This document shows positions 10,401-19,898 of a DNA stretch of 64,000 nucleotides, piece by piece. The notes beneath the pieces are model-generated. The model did no database searches and was not told where the DNA came from. It saw nothing but the letters and a program-made list of their open reading frames with translations. The position numbers were made by a program, and so were the translations under genes. Origin of the DNA: a virus. The DNA is taken from the IMG/VR virus record IMGVR_UViG_3300028867_000005, positions 24,279 to 88,278 of that record; one strand, given 5' to 3'. Each line of letters opens with the position of its first letter. Position 1 is the first letter of the stretch.

Positions 10401-13400
10401 CTGATGCTGGCGCGCATGGCGAAGATTACCGGACAGGCTAAGTGCCCAGCCCTGACGGTGCCGAAGTCGGTACTTGCCAACTGGGTATCCGAGGCAAACC
10501 GGTGGTTCCCCGGCTCCCGTATTATGGTGATAGGCGAGACATACAGCACTGACAAGGATGGTGAGCTGAAGGGCGTCACCGATAGTCCCGACGTGCGCAA
10601 TCGCAAGCTGCATGAGCTGACGCAGAACGATTACGACTTTGTGCTGTTTTCTGCCCCTGCGTTTGAAGATATCGATATCAATCCGATCATGAAGGAAGAA
10701 TACGCGCAGCGGGACTTCTTTGACCAGCGGGCAGCCGCACTGAAAAATGCCGGAGACAAAAAGCGCAATAAAATCCGCGAGGCATACAATCAGGCGCTGG
10801 CAAACCGCGATATCGGCAAGCGTACTGACGCCATTTACTTCGATGATCTGCCTATCGACATGCTGATCATCGACGAAGGCCATGCCTACAAGAACCTGTT
10901 TAAAGCCAAAAACCGTTACGGCGAGAGCCCGAAGTTCCTTGGCGGCCAGGGTGAGAGCCAGCGCGCCATGGATATGCACTTCAAATCCATGCATATTCTG
11001 GAAAAGTCTGGCGGCAAAAACATGTACATGCTGACGGCCACCCCGACGAAAAACAGCCCGCTCGAGGTGTACTCGATGCTGAGCTATATTGCCCCTGAGG
11101 CCTTCGAGCGCATTGGTATTCGCAACTCCGAAGAATTCCTTGACCGCTTCTGCGTGTTCGATACCGATACCATCTACACTCTCAGTGGTGGCTTTGAGCC
11201 GGATACGCTGGTGACGACGGGCTTCAAGAACCTCGATGAACTGCGTGAAATCATGAGCCGGTACATTGACCGGAAGACGGCTGAGGATGTTGGCCTGGTG
11301 CTGCCGACCCGCGACGACAAGATGCACTTCCTGGAAATGAGCGACATGCAGCGGTCGGTATACAACGGCCTGCGCGCGGAGCTGGCGGAATCACAGAAGG
11401 ATGGCGATGCCACCGGCGATGCTCATATCTTCAGCATCATGAACCGGATGCGTCTGGCTGCGCTCGATCTGGAGTTGCTGGACCCGCATCTGTACAAAGG
11501 CCAGAAAAGCCCCAAGTACGAAGAGTTGGCGAAAAACGTCAAAGCCATGTGGGAGGGTGAGAAGGGCAGCCAGGTTATCTTTGCTGATGCCGTTGACGCA
11601 CACGAAAAAATCCGTGATTCACTGATTGCGCTGGGCATCCCAAAGCACAAGATTGCCATCGTCAATGCGGAAGTCGCCAAAACATCGATGCAGCGCCAGA
11701 ATATTGCCGAAGGCTTCAACAACGGCAAATATGACTTCGTGATCGGCAATACCGACGTGATGGGCGAGGGCATGAACCTCCAGAAGCGCACCACGGATAT
11801 CCACCACCTGGATATTCCATGGAACGCGGCCATCATGCAGCAGCGCAATGGCCGCGGGCTGCGCCAGGGCAACATCAATGAGTCGATGCGTATCCACACC
11901 TACCTGAGTCGCGGCACGTTCGACGGCTACCGCTGGCAGTCCATGAACGCGAAAAAGGACTGGCAGGATCTACTGTGGCACGGCGGCGACAAGGTGGAGA
12001 ACCTGAACAAGGAAGGCGGCCCGGTCAGCAAAGATGAAATGATGATCATGCTGGCGGAAGACCCGGAAGCCGCGCGCGTGGCGATGAGCGAGAACAAGGC
12101 AGCTGTCACGGAGCGGTATGACGCGCAGCAGCGTGCCAGCCTGGTCCATGAATTCAGCCGCTTTGCCACCCTGCGCTCCAGCTATGCCAAGGTGAAGGAC
12201 AAGAGCTCCCCGTCGGCACTGCGCCTCAAGACCGCGATGGACCGGACCAAGAGCGCCTTGCAGGCCAATAAATACCTGGTCGACAAGGACGTGCTCGAGC
12301 ACGCTGGCGCCGCCATCATCAACCCGAATACCGGCAAGGCCTTGATGGTCGGCCGCGGGGTGGAGCGCATGGACGAGGCTAGCCAGCCTGAAAAGCTGGT
12401 AATTACCGGCGTCGATACATCCACCGGTACCCTGAAGTGCCGCGCTTATGGCGTGCCTGATGCGCCTTCCATTTATGTGTCGCGTGATGAGCACCAGGGC
12501 CTGACTGACTTTGCTTATGACCCGGTGGAAGAGGGCCATATCATCGCGCGCAAGGTAGACGAGCAGATCAAGGATGGCAGCCTGAACGCCAGTAGCCCGT
12601 CTGAGCTGCGCAAGGTTCCGCATCATGTCCTGACGGAGCTTTACCCCACGCTCCAGCAGCACCTGAAAGAGCGCGCCAAGAGCTGGAATTACGCCACCCG
12701 CGCGTCAGGGTTCGCCATGGTGAAGGACGGCAAGCCCTACATCGCAAAGACTGGTGAAGCTCGCAAGGTTCTGGATTCTGCCGATATCATGCTGCCTACC
12801 CCTGAGCATCGTGCGCTGGCTATTCAGGGTTACATCGACCGGCAGAATGACCGCGAGTTAAAACAGGATTACACTGCCTCCAACTCGAGTCGTTCTGGTC
12901 ATGGCTACAACATTCCCAGCCCGGTGAAAATAACAACATCGTATGGCATGAATGGCGGCGGCTATCGTGATGAGCACAAAAACCCATGGATTGATGCTGG
13001 CAAAGAGCTGTTTGGCTCTGAGTTCGAGGAAGAGGCGCACCAGGCATACATGCAGCACGCACTGGCCGCTGCCAACAAGGCAACTGACCTGAAGGGCGTG
13101 ATATCTGCGCTGGCGCCGACCATGAAGGTGGAGTACGGCAAGTACACATGGCCGAAAGAATCGCTGGCCTATATGTACCGCCGCGCGCAAGAGCATGGTG
13201 CCCTGCACCCGGATGCATTGCGGTCTGATCATATCCCGATGCTGACGAAGTATCAGAGCGAGGAAGCTCCGCTGCTGGGTAACTCAAAGTCGTCGCTGAG
13301 CACTCTTCTGCGCCTCGCCTTCATGTCCGGCCATCATGACCTGGCCGCAGCGATGGTAGTGGCGGCAAAGGATATCCCGGCCAAAACCAAAGCCGATGCC

Positions 13401-13652
13401 CTGGACCAGTTGCTTGTCGGTATCGACAGTGGCACCCGTAACCCGCTGGTGGGCGCCGTCAAGGCCGGCCATCGCCAGGCCATGGCCGTGCTCGAGGGCA
13501 TGCGCCACCTACTAAAAAATGACGATGGTAGTCTCGACGTACACGATATACTCGAAACTTCGATCAGCCATCAGTTTCCGAACCTGAAGGGGACACTGGG
13601 AGAGCGCATTGATTCCGCCATCAAAAAGTACAACGCAGGGGGTGAGGCATAA
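7464..13652 (+). CDS. DarB-like N6-adenine methyltransferase / SNF2 helicase fusion
   Basis: EYYT, VLEPSCATGVF (motif I), GNAPFG (motif IV); ADVGLGKT, IIDEGH, LTATP, EGMNLQ, QRNGRGLRQGN helicase motifs. Confidence 0.88.
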   Translation: MIVFLKAEQFGLFDVPTLVHGSVSKTGVVTAPHVRMQKKRLDVHAHKPAHAAIAEPDLFAEPQPIEPAPAQLAAKQPEPAPAPAPLTLEDMVAKLGKDRIAQVMERGTPDEKETLIGLIANAVGKPHKEARAALESMFPIALVPVPSESTLVEHVTGRGKTLRGVIASDWSKDEAMLVDPYTFKKDGGWFVREKHLIDGQLPPLPLPSPVNPTSPASFAAPREPEPEPAPAARSVDLEQPFDAAAAPAWGVSAGVTQSQRKEYNRQAQAIVANGGPQDAAERQLLTMYSGNGGIGDSLNEYYTDPKVAAAMWRVLRQLGLKENATVLEPSCATGVFLETAPAAATVTGVELDPVSAKIGQALHGAKHEVLNSSLERFATQDGRQFDAVIGNAPFGLRGSMLADDKRHLKTAEAYFLDTSLDKCKSGGIVAMIVPTGVMDGKNNRGLRERLLRKGEFLGAQRMPNTAFEHGHTEVTTDIVYLRKRPEDVAAALERVEQADLQRIGVWDADFLAGKYFTTRGAPNIFGKQEAGWRAKAGIGSDITVNGSMEGVPDAIAEFEPDSRAQGPADMPKLLELFQESDHPQLMANSRRRAYTAAKPGDVRTIDGVAYVLQGDPPRWHRVEDVAATSGMADAARLATQIGQLIQAHEEGEETDHKPVMQALEDWVKAHGIPSKNPELLLAAKSDKSLYRLIGSVDPTGKFSDIVSGRAPRKLAGDFDTVAQGLALQKGSFTAGDLAAKLGRKDADTVLDELYASADYALLPDSSWTTMNQFASGDLWLRYDAMKKVLDNDKLPPEQQRKFSSQLEAIEQAIDPKSLEDVEVELNSAFLPLYVLEAFQNHKRDEYLEKSPGAISWLTPTEITLDHAMYKVHGGLNVDLLERYLNRNRVQKKELPTIEEWNQEFKEWLCTSEYRDSVEALYNRKFRGYRPEVFSDETMDIPGMVTAGLKQYQYGGLRWALQRGKGIVAADVGLGKTVRGLMLARMAKITGQAKCPALTVPKSVLANWVSEANRWFPGSRIMVIGETYSTDKDGELKGVTDSPDVRNRKLHELTQNDYDFVLFSAPAFEDIDINPIMKEEYAQRDFFDQRAAALKNAGDKKRNKIREAYNQALANRDIGKRTDAIYFDDLPIDMLIIDEGHAYKNLFKAKNRYGESPKFLGGQGESQRAMDMHFKSMHILEKSGGKNMYMLTATPTKNSPLEVYSMLSYIAPEAFERIGIRNSEEFLDRFCVFDTDTIYTLSGGFEPDTLVTTGFKNLDELREIMSRYIDRKTAEDVGLVLPTRDDKMHFLEMSDMQRSVYNGLRAELAESQKDGDATGDAHIFSIMNRMRLAALDLELLDPHLYKGQKSPKYEELAKNVKAMWEGEKGSQVIFADAVDAHEKIRDSLIALGIPKHKIAIVNAEVAKTSMQRQNIAEGFNNGKYDFVIGNTDVMGEGMNLQKRTTDIHHLDIPWNAAIMQQRNGRGLRQGNINESMRIHTYLSRGTFDGYRWQSMNAKKDWQDLLWHGGDKVENLNKEGGPVSKDEMMIMLAEDPEAARVAMSENKAAVTERYDAQQRASLVHEFSRFATLRSSYAKVKDKSSPSALRLKTAMDRTKSALQANKYLVDKDVLEHAGAAIINPNTGKALMVGRGVERMDEASQPEKLVITGVDTSTGTLKCRAYGVPDAPSIYVSRDEHQGLTDFAYDPVEEGHIIARKVDEQIKDGSLNASSPSELRKVPHHVLTELYPTLQQHLKERAKSWNYATRASGFAMVKDGKPYIAKTGEARKVLDSADIMLPTPEHRALAIQGYIDRQNDRELKQDYTASNSSRSGHGYNIPSPVKITTSYGMNGGGYRDEHKNPWIDAGKELFGSEFEEEAHQAYMQHALAAANKATDLKGVISALAPTMKVEYGKYTWPKESLAYMYRRAQEHGALHPDALRSDHIPMLTKYQSEEAPLLGNSKSSLSTLLRLAFMSGHHDLAAAMVVAAKDIPAKTKADALDQLLVGIDSGTRNPLVGAVKAGHRQAMAVLEGMRHLLKNDDGSLDVHDILETSISHQFPNLKGTLGERIDSAIKKYNAGGEA

Positions 13653-13993
13653 TGGCTACTGAAGAGGAATTTATCCCGCCATCGAAGTTTGCCTTCTCCA
13701 CGTTGCAGCTGCTGATGGAGCAGCCGGCCCGGTACCGGAATTACGGCGTGTACTGGTTCTTTGTGAAAGCGCTGCTCAAGGAGTTCTACACGAAAGAAAA
13801 TCTGTACCTGCTGGGCGATTACATGAATCCGGCGGTGATCGCCATGATGCCGGAGCACAAAAACCTGCAGGAGGCCCTGCGCGCCACCATGGAAACCTAT
13901 AACAATAACGCCACATGGAACATGAACAGCCCATCAGTGACGGCACCCGATGGCGAGCAAATCACGCTCTATGACGAGGATGTTGGGCTGTAG
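13652..13993 (+). CDS. hypothetical protein
   Basis: 113-aa ORF coupled (TAATG) to the DarB-like gene. Confidence 0.7.
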   Translation: MATEEEFIPPSKFAFSTLQLLMEQPARYRNYGVYWFFVKALLKEFYTKENLYLLGDYMNPAVIAMMPEHKNLQEALRATMETYNNNATWNMNSPSVTAPDGEQITLYDEDVGL

Positions 13994-13998
13994 CTGCG

Positions 13999-14013
13999 TA
14001 GTGACAGCACAAT
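13999..14013 (+). promoter_or_regulatory. putative late promoter TAGTGAC-AG-CACAAT
   Basis: Motif copy in the intergenic gap before the second SNF2 gene. Confidence 0.6.
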
Positions 14014-14098
14014 AAGCTGGCCGGCCCCTGGGGCTACCTCTCTCCAGCCCATCATGGATGAAGCAGGGGCCGGACTGATTCCATACAGCGGACCGCGC

Positions 14099-17000
14099 AT
14101 GATTATTGCCCTTTTTAAATACGCTATTCTCCCGGAGGCGATGGCTAAGGCCATGTCGCTGCCGGCTGGTGCCCGCTGGATAACCGTTCATCCAAACGGC
14201 AAGGAAGAAAAGGGCGTCCCGGTCATGATCCAGGAAACCGCCAGCGGTTCCGGCGTCTACCATGTGATCGGTGGCGCTGGGGGCAAGCTGAACTATCTGA
14301 AACTGCGCGGCGTTAAGTCCGAAAAGGACTATCAGCAGGACGTAGCACAGAAACAGCGTGATCGTCGTGAGGCTCAGCGCGAGCAGACCAAAAAGGACCG
14401 CGAGCAAGGTATCGCTCCAGCCAAGCAGGCCGCCAAGGAAGCTATCGACTTCCAGCATAAGCAGCAGCAGCAGAAGTTCATCAATACGGTGGCTGAGGCT
14501 GTTGGCTGGAAGCCCGAAGAGTTGACATTCAAAGAGGATGAGCACCCTGGGCTGTCTGACGCAGCGCTGGCGAAGGCCCGCGACATGCACCACCGTGCGC
14601 TGGTGGAAAAAGCCAATTCTATTGTGGATAGCCAGCGCCAGGCCCTGCTGGCAGATGCTGAGACACGCGAGGAAGCTGGCCTTGGTGGTGTGCCGCTCGA
14701 GTCAACCTCTCCTGACAAAATATCGGTTGCCGACCTGGACCCCGTGCGCACTGAGGATAAAGGGTTTGGTTTTGCCACGAACTACGGCGAGCGCGCAGAG
14801 GCGCAAGGCCTGTCCCCAGAACACCTGAAGGCAGAGGCGCAGCAGTTGCGCGAGGATAAGCTCGCCACCATGACTGCGCCCCAGCGCAAGGCCGCCATCC
14901 AGCGGGGCGAAACCGCCAAAATGGTCAAGGAAGAGTTGCAGGGCCTGCGCCCGGATATCCCTGATGTAAAGGAACCCCTGGTGGACGCCAAAAAGGCCGT
15001 GGAGTTGCTGAAGGCACAGAAAGCGCTCCAGCAGGTGGCGCGCAAGGCTCAGCAGGCCAAAAAGGAGCTCAAGACGGCCACTGAGGTAAAGGCCTACGTG
15101 CTGGAGGTTGGCGCTGAGCCGGATGAGGCGGCACTCAATGAAGACCTGATGAATGACTTGCGCACAATCAAGACCAGGGCGTTTTTATCTGAAATAGGCC
15201 GCACCGGCGCAGACCCGGAGGCGGTGCTCGGGAAGCATCTGGGTATTGGTGCCTTCAACTCCGTGAATGCGCTGGCGCTGGCCGCCGGTGGCGATGCACT
15301 GGTCGACCGGAGCGTGGTCGACGTGCTTGGTGTGGCGGGCGCCGCCCAGGTACTGGCGCGTCGGCTGAAAACCGATCTTTCCCCGGATGAATACGAAAAG
15401 GTCACGGATGGTATGCAGGCCTTCCACCTGCACCATTACCTGTCGGCCACGGACGATGCCCTGAAAGAAGCGCGCGATCTCCAGGACGAGGCCAAGGATA
15501 TCGTGCTTGGCGCAGCCGCCACCGGCGACGACTTTGCCGCAGCGCAGGAACTGAACCGGCGCAAGGGGGAGGCACTGCGCACAGCGAATGCCATTCTTGG
15601 CCGTACCTTGGGTGAAATGGAGGCGAATGCTGCGCTGGTCGTTGCGCTCAAGCAGGGCGCCAAGAATCAGGTGCAGGTGCCGCTCGGCACCCTATCCCCG
15701 GAGGCTGCCATCAAGCAGGTGCGGGCTATCGGGCTCCAGCGGGGAGACTACACTCTGACAGCCGTTGGCAATGAGCGCTTCCTGACCGTCAATGGCGAGG
15801 GCATGGACCGGCTGGCAAAGCCAGTTGACCGTGCCAGCTTGCAGCAGGTGCGCAGGAACCTGAGCATCATGAAAGGGGCGCTGGATGAGGATGACTGGTT
15901 ACCCAAAGGCTTTGCCTCTCGGCCTGACCTGGCGATGAGCGTCAAACCAGGTACTGCGCCAACGCTGGCCAAGCCGTTCGATGCCGCCGGGCCCGACCTG
16001 GAGCAGTCCCTGCAGGACTATATTGGTGGCCGGGCAGCTGATGGCGACCTGCCATCGGCCATTCTCGCCGATGTGCAGTCAGCTGACTTCTTCCAGCGGG
16101 TGGGGCCGGAGCGGGCTGAGCAGTACCGTCAGGCGCTGGACGCCATCGCTCCGCTCAAGGATGCCGAGGGAAAACAGCAGACGGCCGAGTCGCTGGCTCC
16201 AGCTTTCGATAAGATGGCAGACGCCTTTGTCGATAAGCATTACGGCAGCGCGCGCTCCCCGCTCAACAAGCAGCGCATCAACGTCGACCAGACATCGGTG
16301 GAAGCCCTGCACCGGGCGCTGGCGGCTGAGCCTGCCGGCGTTCCAGCCTATAAAGAGGTTGGCGAACTCACTCCGCAGGACCAGGGTGCGCTGCGTGACT
16401 TCTTCTATTCCCATGTCGCCAAAGAGGAACCGGGCGCCGCCGCCGCGCGCAAAGAGCTGGAGACACATGCTGCGGATGAGCCCGAAAAGGAAACCGTCGA
16501 CATGTTTGGCGACAGCGCCATAAACCCTGACTGGCAAACCTGGAGCCAGCGCGGCGACGAGCTCAAGGCGCAGGCTGATGCCGGCCTGAACTGGTCGAAG
16601 TATGTGCAGGGTATGCGCAGTCCTGAGCACGCCTATTCCGCCATTCAAGACCTGGTGCGCTCCAAGATTGGCAAGGGCTTTGCTGATGCGCACAACCGCC
16701 TGCGCCCTGAGTCGCCTATAAAACTGGGCAAGACCACGGTGCGGAATAACCGGGCCCACCTTGATACGGTAGATCCGGCCGCGCTTGAGGCGCGTATGCA
16801 GAAAGAGCGGGAGCTCGTTGATACCCTGCGTGAGCGTAACCAGGAACGGTATGCCGCCGGCTCCGTCGCCGACAAGCTGGACGCGGCCCGCGAGGAACAG
16901 GCTGCCTTCGAGCAGAGCCAGATGGGTTTCTTCTCCAGTGAACCGCTGGCCGCGCAGGATGGCGGCTCCCCGGCAGATACCCCGCTGGGTGCCGATGAGC

Positions 17001-18661
17001 GCCACACACTAGGGCATGAGGCTGAGCGCCAGATTGCCGGCATGATGAGTGTGGTGGGCAAGAACTTCAAGCCAGGCCAGCCGGTCAAGCTGTGGCAGCC
17101 CACCATGAGCGGCGAGGGCGCCCCGCGCCAGCGCGCCATCAAGCTGCTGGCCGAGAATAAGCGGCTGGCTCTGGCCTTCGGGGTAGGTAGTGGTAAGACG
17201 GCAATCGGACTGGGGGCTTTCTCGCACCTGCACGAAACAGGGAAAGTGAAGCGAGGTATGTACCTTGTGCCAGCCATCGTGCAGGGGCAGTTCAGTTCTG
17301 AGGCCCTGCGTTTCCTGGAGCCTGGAAAGTTCAACTGGCACGCGCAGCCAGGCGCCAGCCGCTCCGAGCGCATTGCTGCCTACAAAAACCCGGAACACCA
17401 TTTTACGGTGATGACACACCAGTCCTTCCGTGACGACATGCTGCACCTGGGCGCAAAGCATGCTGGCGTCACTGAGGGCGACATGCGCGACAAGCTGGCC
17501 GGCATGAGCAAGGCCGAGCGCAAGGACTGGATGCATGGAGTCATGGCCAAGGAAGGCATCAACTACGACTACCTGATGGTGGACGAAGGGCACGACCTAC
17601 TGAACCGGGCCGGCAAGGAAAACTCCGGCATGGCCAATGTGGTCGATTCACTGTCCGACAACACGCCTTACTACGTGAACGCATCCGGCGACCCGGTAAA
17701 AAATGACCCCAGCGAGGCCTTTGATGTGCTGGCCAAGATGGACCCGGCCAGGTATACCGACCGTGAGGCATTCATGCGCCGGTATGGCGCCGACACACTG
17801 GCGTCAAAGGATGAACTGCGCCGTGAAATGGCCCGGTACGTCTACCCCCAAAAGATTGATTCCGGCGTTCAGTCCCATGCCAGCGAGGTAAAAGTGGCGC
17901 TGACCGATGCCCAGCACCAGGCTCTGGCTGAAATGGATAGCAACATCGGCAAGGCCCGGCTGGCGCGCATGGCCGGCAAAGTGGATGTTGACGCCATGAA
18001 GGCGATATCGCCAAAGGCATTTGGGGGTGTACCGGATGACCAGCACGAAGCGCTGGCCCGCGACCTGCAAGCATCTATCGGTATCGTCAAGGACATGGCC
18101 ATCCGCCGCATCATCAATGACCACCCGCAGGGCGCCAAGCTGGAGGCCGTAAGCCAGTACGCCACCCAGCGCAAGGGCAAGCCCGGTGTCGTGTTCGCGC
18201 ACTCGCGCGCGGCCGTCGAGCAGATCAAGCAGCGCCTGGAGGCCGATGGCCACCGGGTAGTGTCGATCACCGGCAGCGACACGGCGGCCGAGAAAGAGCG
18301 CAAGCGCTTGATGTTCAACCCGGAGAGCGGCGAAGCCCAGGCTGATATCCTGGTTGCCAGCGATGCTGCCGCCACAGGCATGAATGTGCAGCGTGGGCAG
18401 TGGCTGTGGCAGCACGATACTCCGCAGACCGCCAAAACCCACGCGCAGCGCCGCGGCCGTATCGACCGTGTTGGCCAGAAAAACGAGGTGGAGCTCGCTG
18501 ACGCCATTGCCGACCATCCGCTCGAGCAGAAGGACCGCACCCGGCTCTCCACGAAGTACGGCCTGCGCGACATGATGACTTCGCCGCTCGATGGTATCGA
18601 CGATACCGGGCTGGCATATTTCCTTCAGCAGCAGCACCAGCAGCAGGGAGCATTACTATGA
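14099..18661 (+). CDS. large SNF2-family helicase (probable virion cargo protein)
   Basis: AFGVGSGKT, MVDEGH, ASGDP, TGMNVQ, QRRGRIDRVGQ; start placed at MIIALFK (14099) rather than 14054. Confidence 0.85.
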   Translation: MIIALFKYAILPEAMAKAMSLPAGARWITVHPNGKEEKGVPVMIQETASGSGVYHVIGGAGGKLNYLKLRGVKSEKDYQQDVAQKQRDRREAQREQTKKDREQGIAPAKQAAKEAIDFQHKQQQQKFINTVAEAVGWKPEELTFKEDEHPGLSDAALAKARDMHHRALVEKANSIVDSQRQALLADAETREEAGLGGVPLESTSPDKISVADLDPVRTEDKGFGFATNYGERAEAQGLSPEHLKAEAQQLREDKLATMTAPQRKAAIQRGETAKMVKEELQGLRPDIPDVKEPLVDAKKAVELLKAQKALQQVARKAQQAKKELKTATEVKAYVLEVGAEPDEAALNEDLMNDLRTIKTRAFLSEIGRTGADPEAVLGKHLGIGAFNSVNALALAAGGDALVDRSVVDVLGVAGAAQVLARRLKTDLSPDEYEKVTDGMQAFHLHHYLSATDDALKEARDLQDEAKDIVLGAAATGDDFAAAQELNRRKGEALRTANAILGRTLGEMEANAALVVALKQGAKNQVQVPLGTLSPEAAIKQVRAIGLQRGDYTLTAVGNERFLTVNGEGMDRLAKPVDRASLQQVRRNLSIMKGALDEDDWLPKGFASRPDLAMSVKPGTAPTLAKPFDAAGPDLEQSLQDYIGGRAADGDLPSAILADVQSADFFQRVGPERAEQYRQALDAIAPLKDAEGKQQTAESLAPAFDKMADAFVDKHYGSARSPLNKQRINVDQTSVEALHRALAAEPAGVPAYKEVGELTPQDQGALRDFFYSHVAKEEPGAAAARKELETHAADEPEKETVDMFGDSAINPDWQTWSQRGDELKAQADAGLNWSKYVQGMRSPEHAYSAIQDLVRSKIGKGFADAHNRLRPESPIKLGKTTVRNNRAHLDTVDPAALEARMQKERELVDTLRERNQERYAAGSVADKLDAAREEQAAFEQSQMGFFSSEPLAAQDGGSPADTPLGADERHTLGHEAERQIAGMMSVVGKNFKPGQPVKLWQPTMSGEGAPRQRAIKLLAENKRLALAFGVGSGKTAIGLGAFSHLHETGKVKRGMYLVPAIVQGQFSSEALRFLEPGKFNWHAQPGASRSERIAAYKNPEHHFTVMTHQSFRDDMLHLGAKHAGVTEGDMRDKLAGMSKAERKDWMHGVMAKEGINYDYLMVDEGHDLLNRAGKENSGMANVVDSLSDNTPYYVNASGDPVKNDPSEAFDVLAKMDPARYTDREAFMRRYGADTLASKDELRREMARYVYPQKIDSGVQSHASEVKVALTDAQHQALAEMDSNIGKARLARMAGKVDVDAMKAISPKAFGGVPDDQHEALARDLQASIGIVKDMAIRRIINDHPQGAKLEAVSQYATQRKGKPGVVFAHSRAAVEQIKQRLEADGHRVVSITGSDTAAEKERKRLMFNPESGEAQADILVASDAAATGMNVQRGQWLWQHDTPQTAKTHAQRRGRIDRVGQKNEVELADAIADHPLEQKDRTRLSTKYGLRDMMTSPLDGIDDTGLAYFLQQQHQQQGALL

Positions 18662-18933
18662 ATCACGAAAACATGACCGCAGGCATCCGCGAGCAGATAG
18701 GCGCCGTCACCGGGCAGCAGAGCATGACCCGCAGGACAGGCCAAGCCATCCTGGATGGCGCTACCCAGCGCCTGGCGCAGGTACAAGAGCTGCTGGTGGG
18801 GCTGGCGCCTACATCGATCACAAATGCGGAGCATGGGCTCCAGTACAAGGCGTTGACGCTGGAGAAGGCCCGGCTTCAGTCGGTGATTCAGTCAGCCAAG
18901 GCTGATTTGGGGGTAACCGCGCAGGCTTCGTGA
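18658..18933 (+). CDS. hypothetical protein
   Basis: 91-aa ORF, ATGA coupling, GGGAG RBS. Confidence 0.65.
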   Translation: MNHENMTAGIREQIGAVTGQQSMTRRTGQAILDGATQRLAQVQELLVGLAPTSITNAEHGLQYKALTLEKARLQSVIQSAKADLGVTAQAS

Positions 18934-18942
18934 CTGCAAAAT
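18928..18942 (+). promoter_or_regulatory. putative late promoter TCGTGAC-TG-CAAAAT
   Basis: Motif copy overlapping the stop codon at 18931-18933. Confidence 0.6.
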
Positions 18943-19003
18943 GATGGGATTGGGATAATCATGCCTGCCAGTTTCACGGTAGCCGCCCCGCGACCATCTG
19001 GAG

Positions 19004-19336
19004 ATGCCTGTGGATCCGCAAATCATCTGCCATAAACGGGGTAGCGCCTTCGTCTTCCAGGCTACCTATTCAGTCAGTAATGTGCCCGTCAACCTGGATG
19101 GGTATGTCATTACGTCGCAAATCCGTGACTCCGAAGGCAACTTGGTTGCTGATCTGGTAGTCACGATGGCTGATCAGGGGACGGCGCCCGGCCAGTATTC
19201 GATCAACTGCGACGACACCACAGAATGGACTCTGGGGGATCTCCGCTGGGATATCCGCTATTTGTCCGATTCGCGCCCGGTTATCACTGAAACCCTGATA
19301 ATCCGCCTGGTGCGGCAGGTTACTGAAGCGACATGA
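19004..19336 (+). CDS. small beta-sandwich structural protein (BppU N-terminal-like)
   Basis: RGSAF...PVNLDGYVITSQIRD...WDIRY pattern of fibre-anchoring domains. Confidence 0.55.
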   Translation: MPVDPQIICHKRGSAFVFQATYSVSNVPVNLDGYVITSQIRDSEGNLVADLVVTMADQGTAPGQYSINCDDTTEWTLGDLRWDIRYLSDSRPVITETLIIRLVRQVTEAT

Positions 19337-19893
19337 CCACCACCCTGAAGTCGATTGTTGGAAAGACGACGCTGGCGCCGGCCGATGGTGGGCCAAAGCT
19401 TGTGCTTCAGTCCGCAGTGTTCGGGCCTCGCGGCCTTCCTGGTGTCAGCATTACCAATGTGGTCGTACGCGATGACGAACACCTGATTGTTTCCCTGAGC
19501 AATGGCAATCAGATTGACGCAGGTGTCACCTACACAAACCCCATGCTGCCCAAGCAGCCGTGGAGCATCGGCCCCGATCTTCCCGGCGGCTACGTCAACG
19601 GCAACCGCTTTATTCCTGATGGCGATTTCGACTGGACGCAGCCCGATGCCACTGTGCAGCACGTTTATGCCGGCGACACCTGCGAGGTGCGCATTGATGG
19701 CGCCAATGTGTGGCTGGACGTAACGTATCCGCCGGCCAGCGTGGATAAGCGCGTAGCCATTGAGGCCGCGCGTGCTGAAGCGGCTGAAGCCGCGCTTGCC
19801 GAACAATTAGCCACTGAGGCCGCGCGTGCTGAAGCGGCTGAAGCCGCGCTTGCCGAACAATCCATTATTAACGCATTGATTTTTGGAGGCTAA
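19333..19893 (+). CDS. fibre-associated structural protein with 18-aa coiled-coil repeat
   Basis: GPRGLPG, EAARAEAAEAALAEQ x2, ALIFGG end. Confidence 0.6.
   Translation: MTTTLKSIVGKTTLAPADGGPKLVLQSAVFGPRGLPGVSITNVVVRDDEHLIVSLSNGNQIDAGVTYTNPMLPKQPWSIGPDLPGGYVNGNRFIPDGDFDWTQPDATVQHVYAGDTCEVRIDGANVWLDVTYPPASVDKRVAIEAARAEAAEAALAEQLATEAARAEAAEAALAEQSIINALIFGG
19754..19861 (+). repeat. 54-bp tandem repeat, 2 copies
   Basis: TAGCCAYTGAGGCCGCGCGTGCTGAAGCGGCTGAAGCCGCGCTTGCCGAACAAT at 19754 and 19808. Confidence 0.9.
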
Positions 19894-19898
19894 TCCTG

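Noticed and set aside
9183-11327. 714-aa minus-strand ORF
   Set aside because: Antisense shadow of the DarB-like gene; expected from GC-rich codon bias; no motifs
14021-14080. Three-way junction as a hammerhead ribozyme
   Set aside because: Core CUGANGA and GAAA sequences are absent
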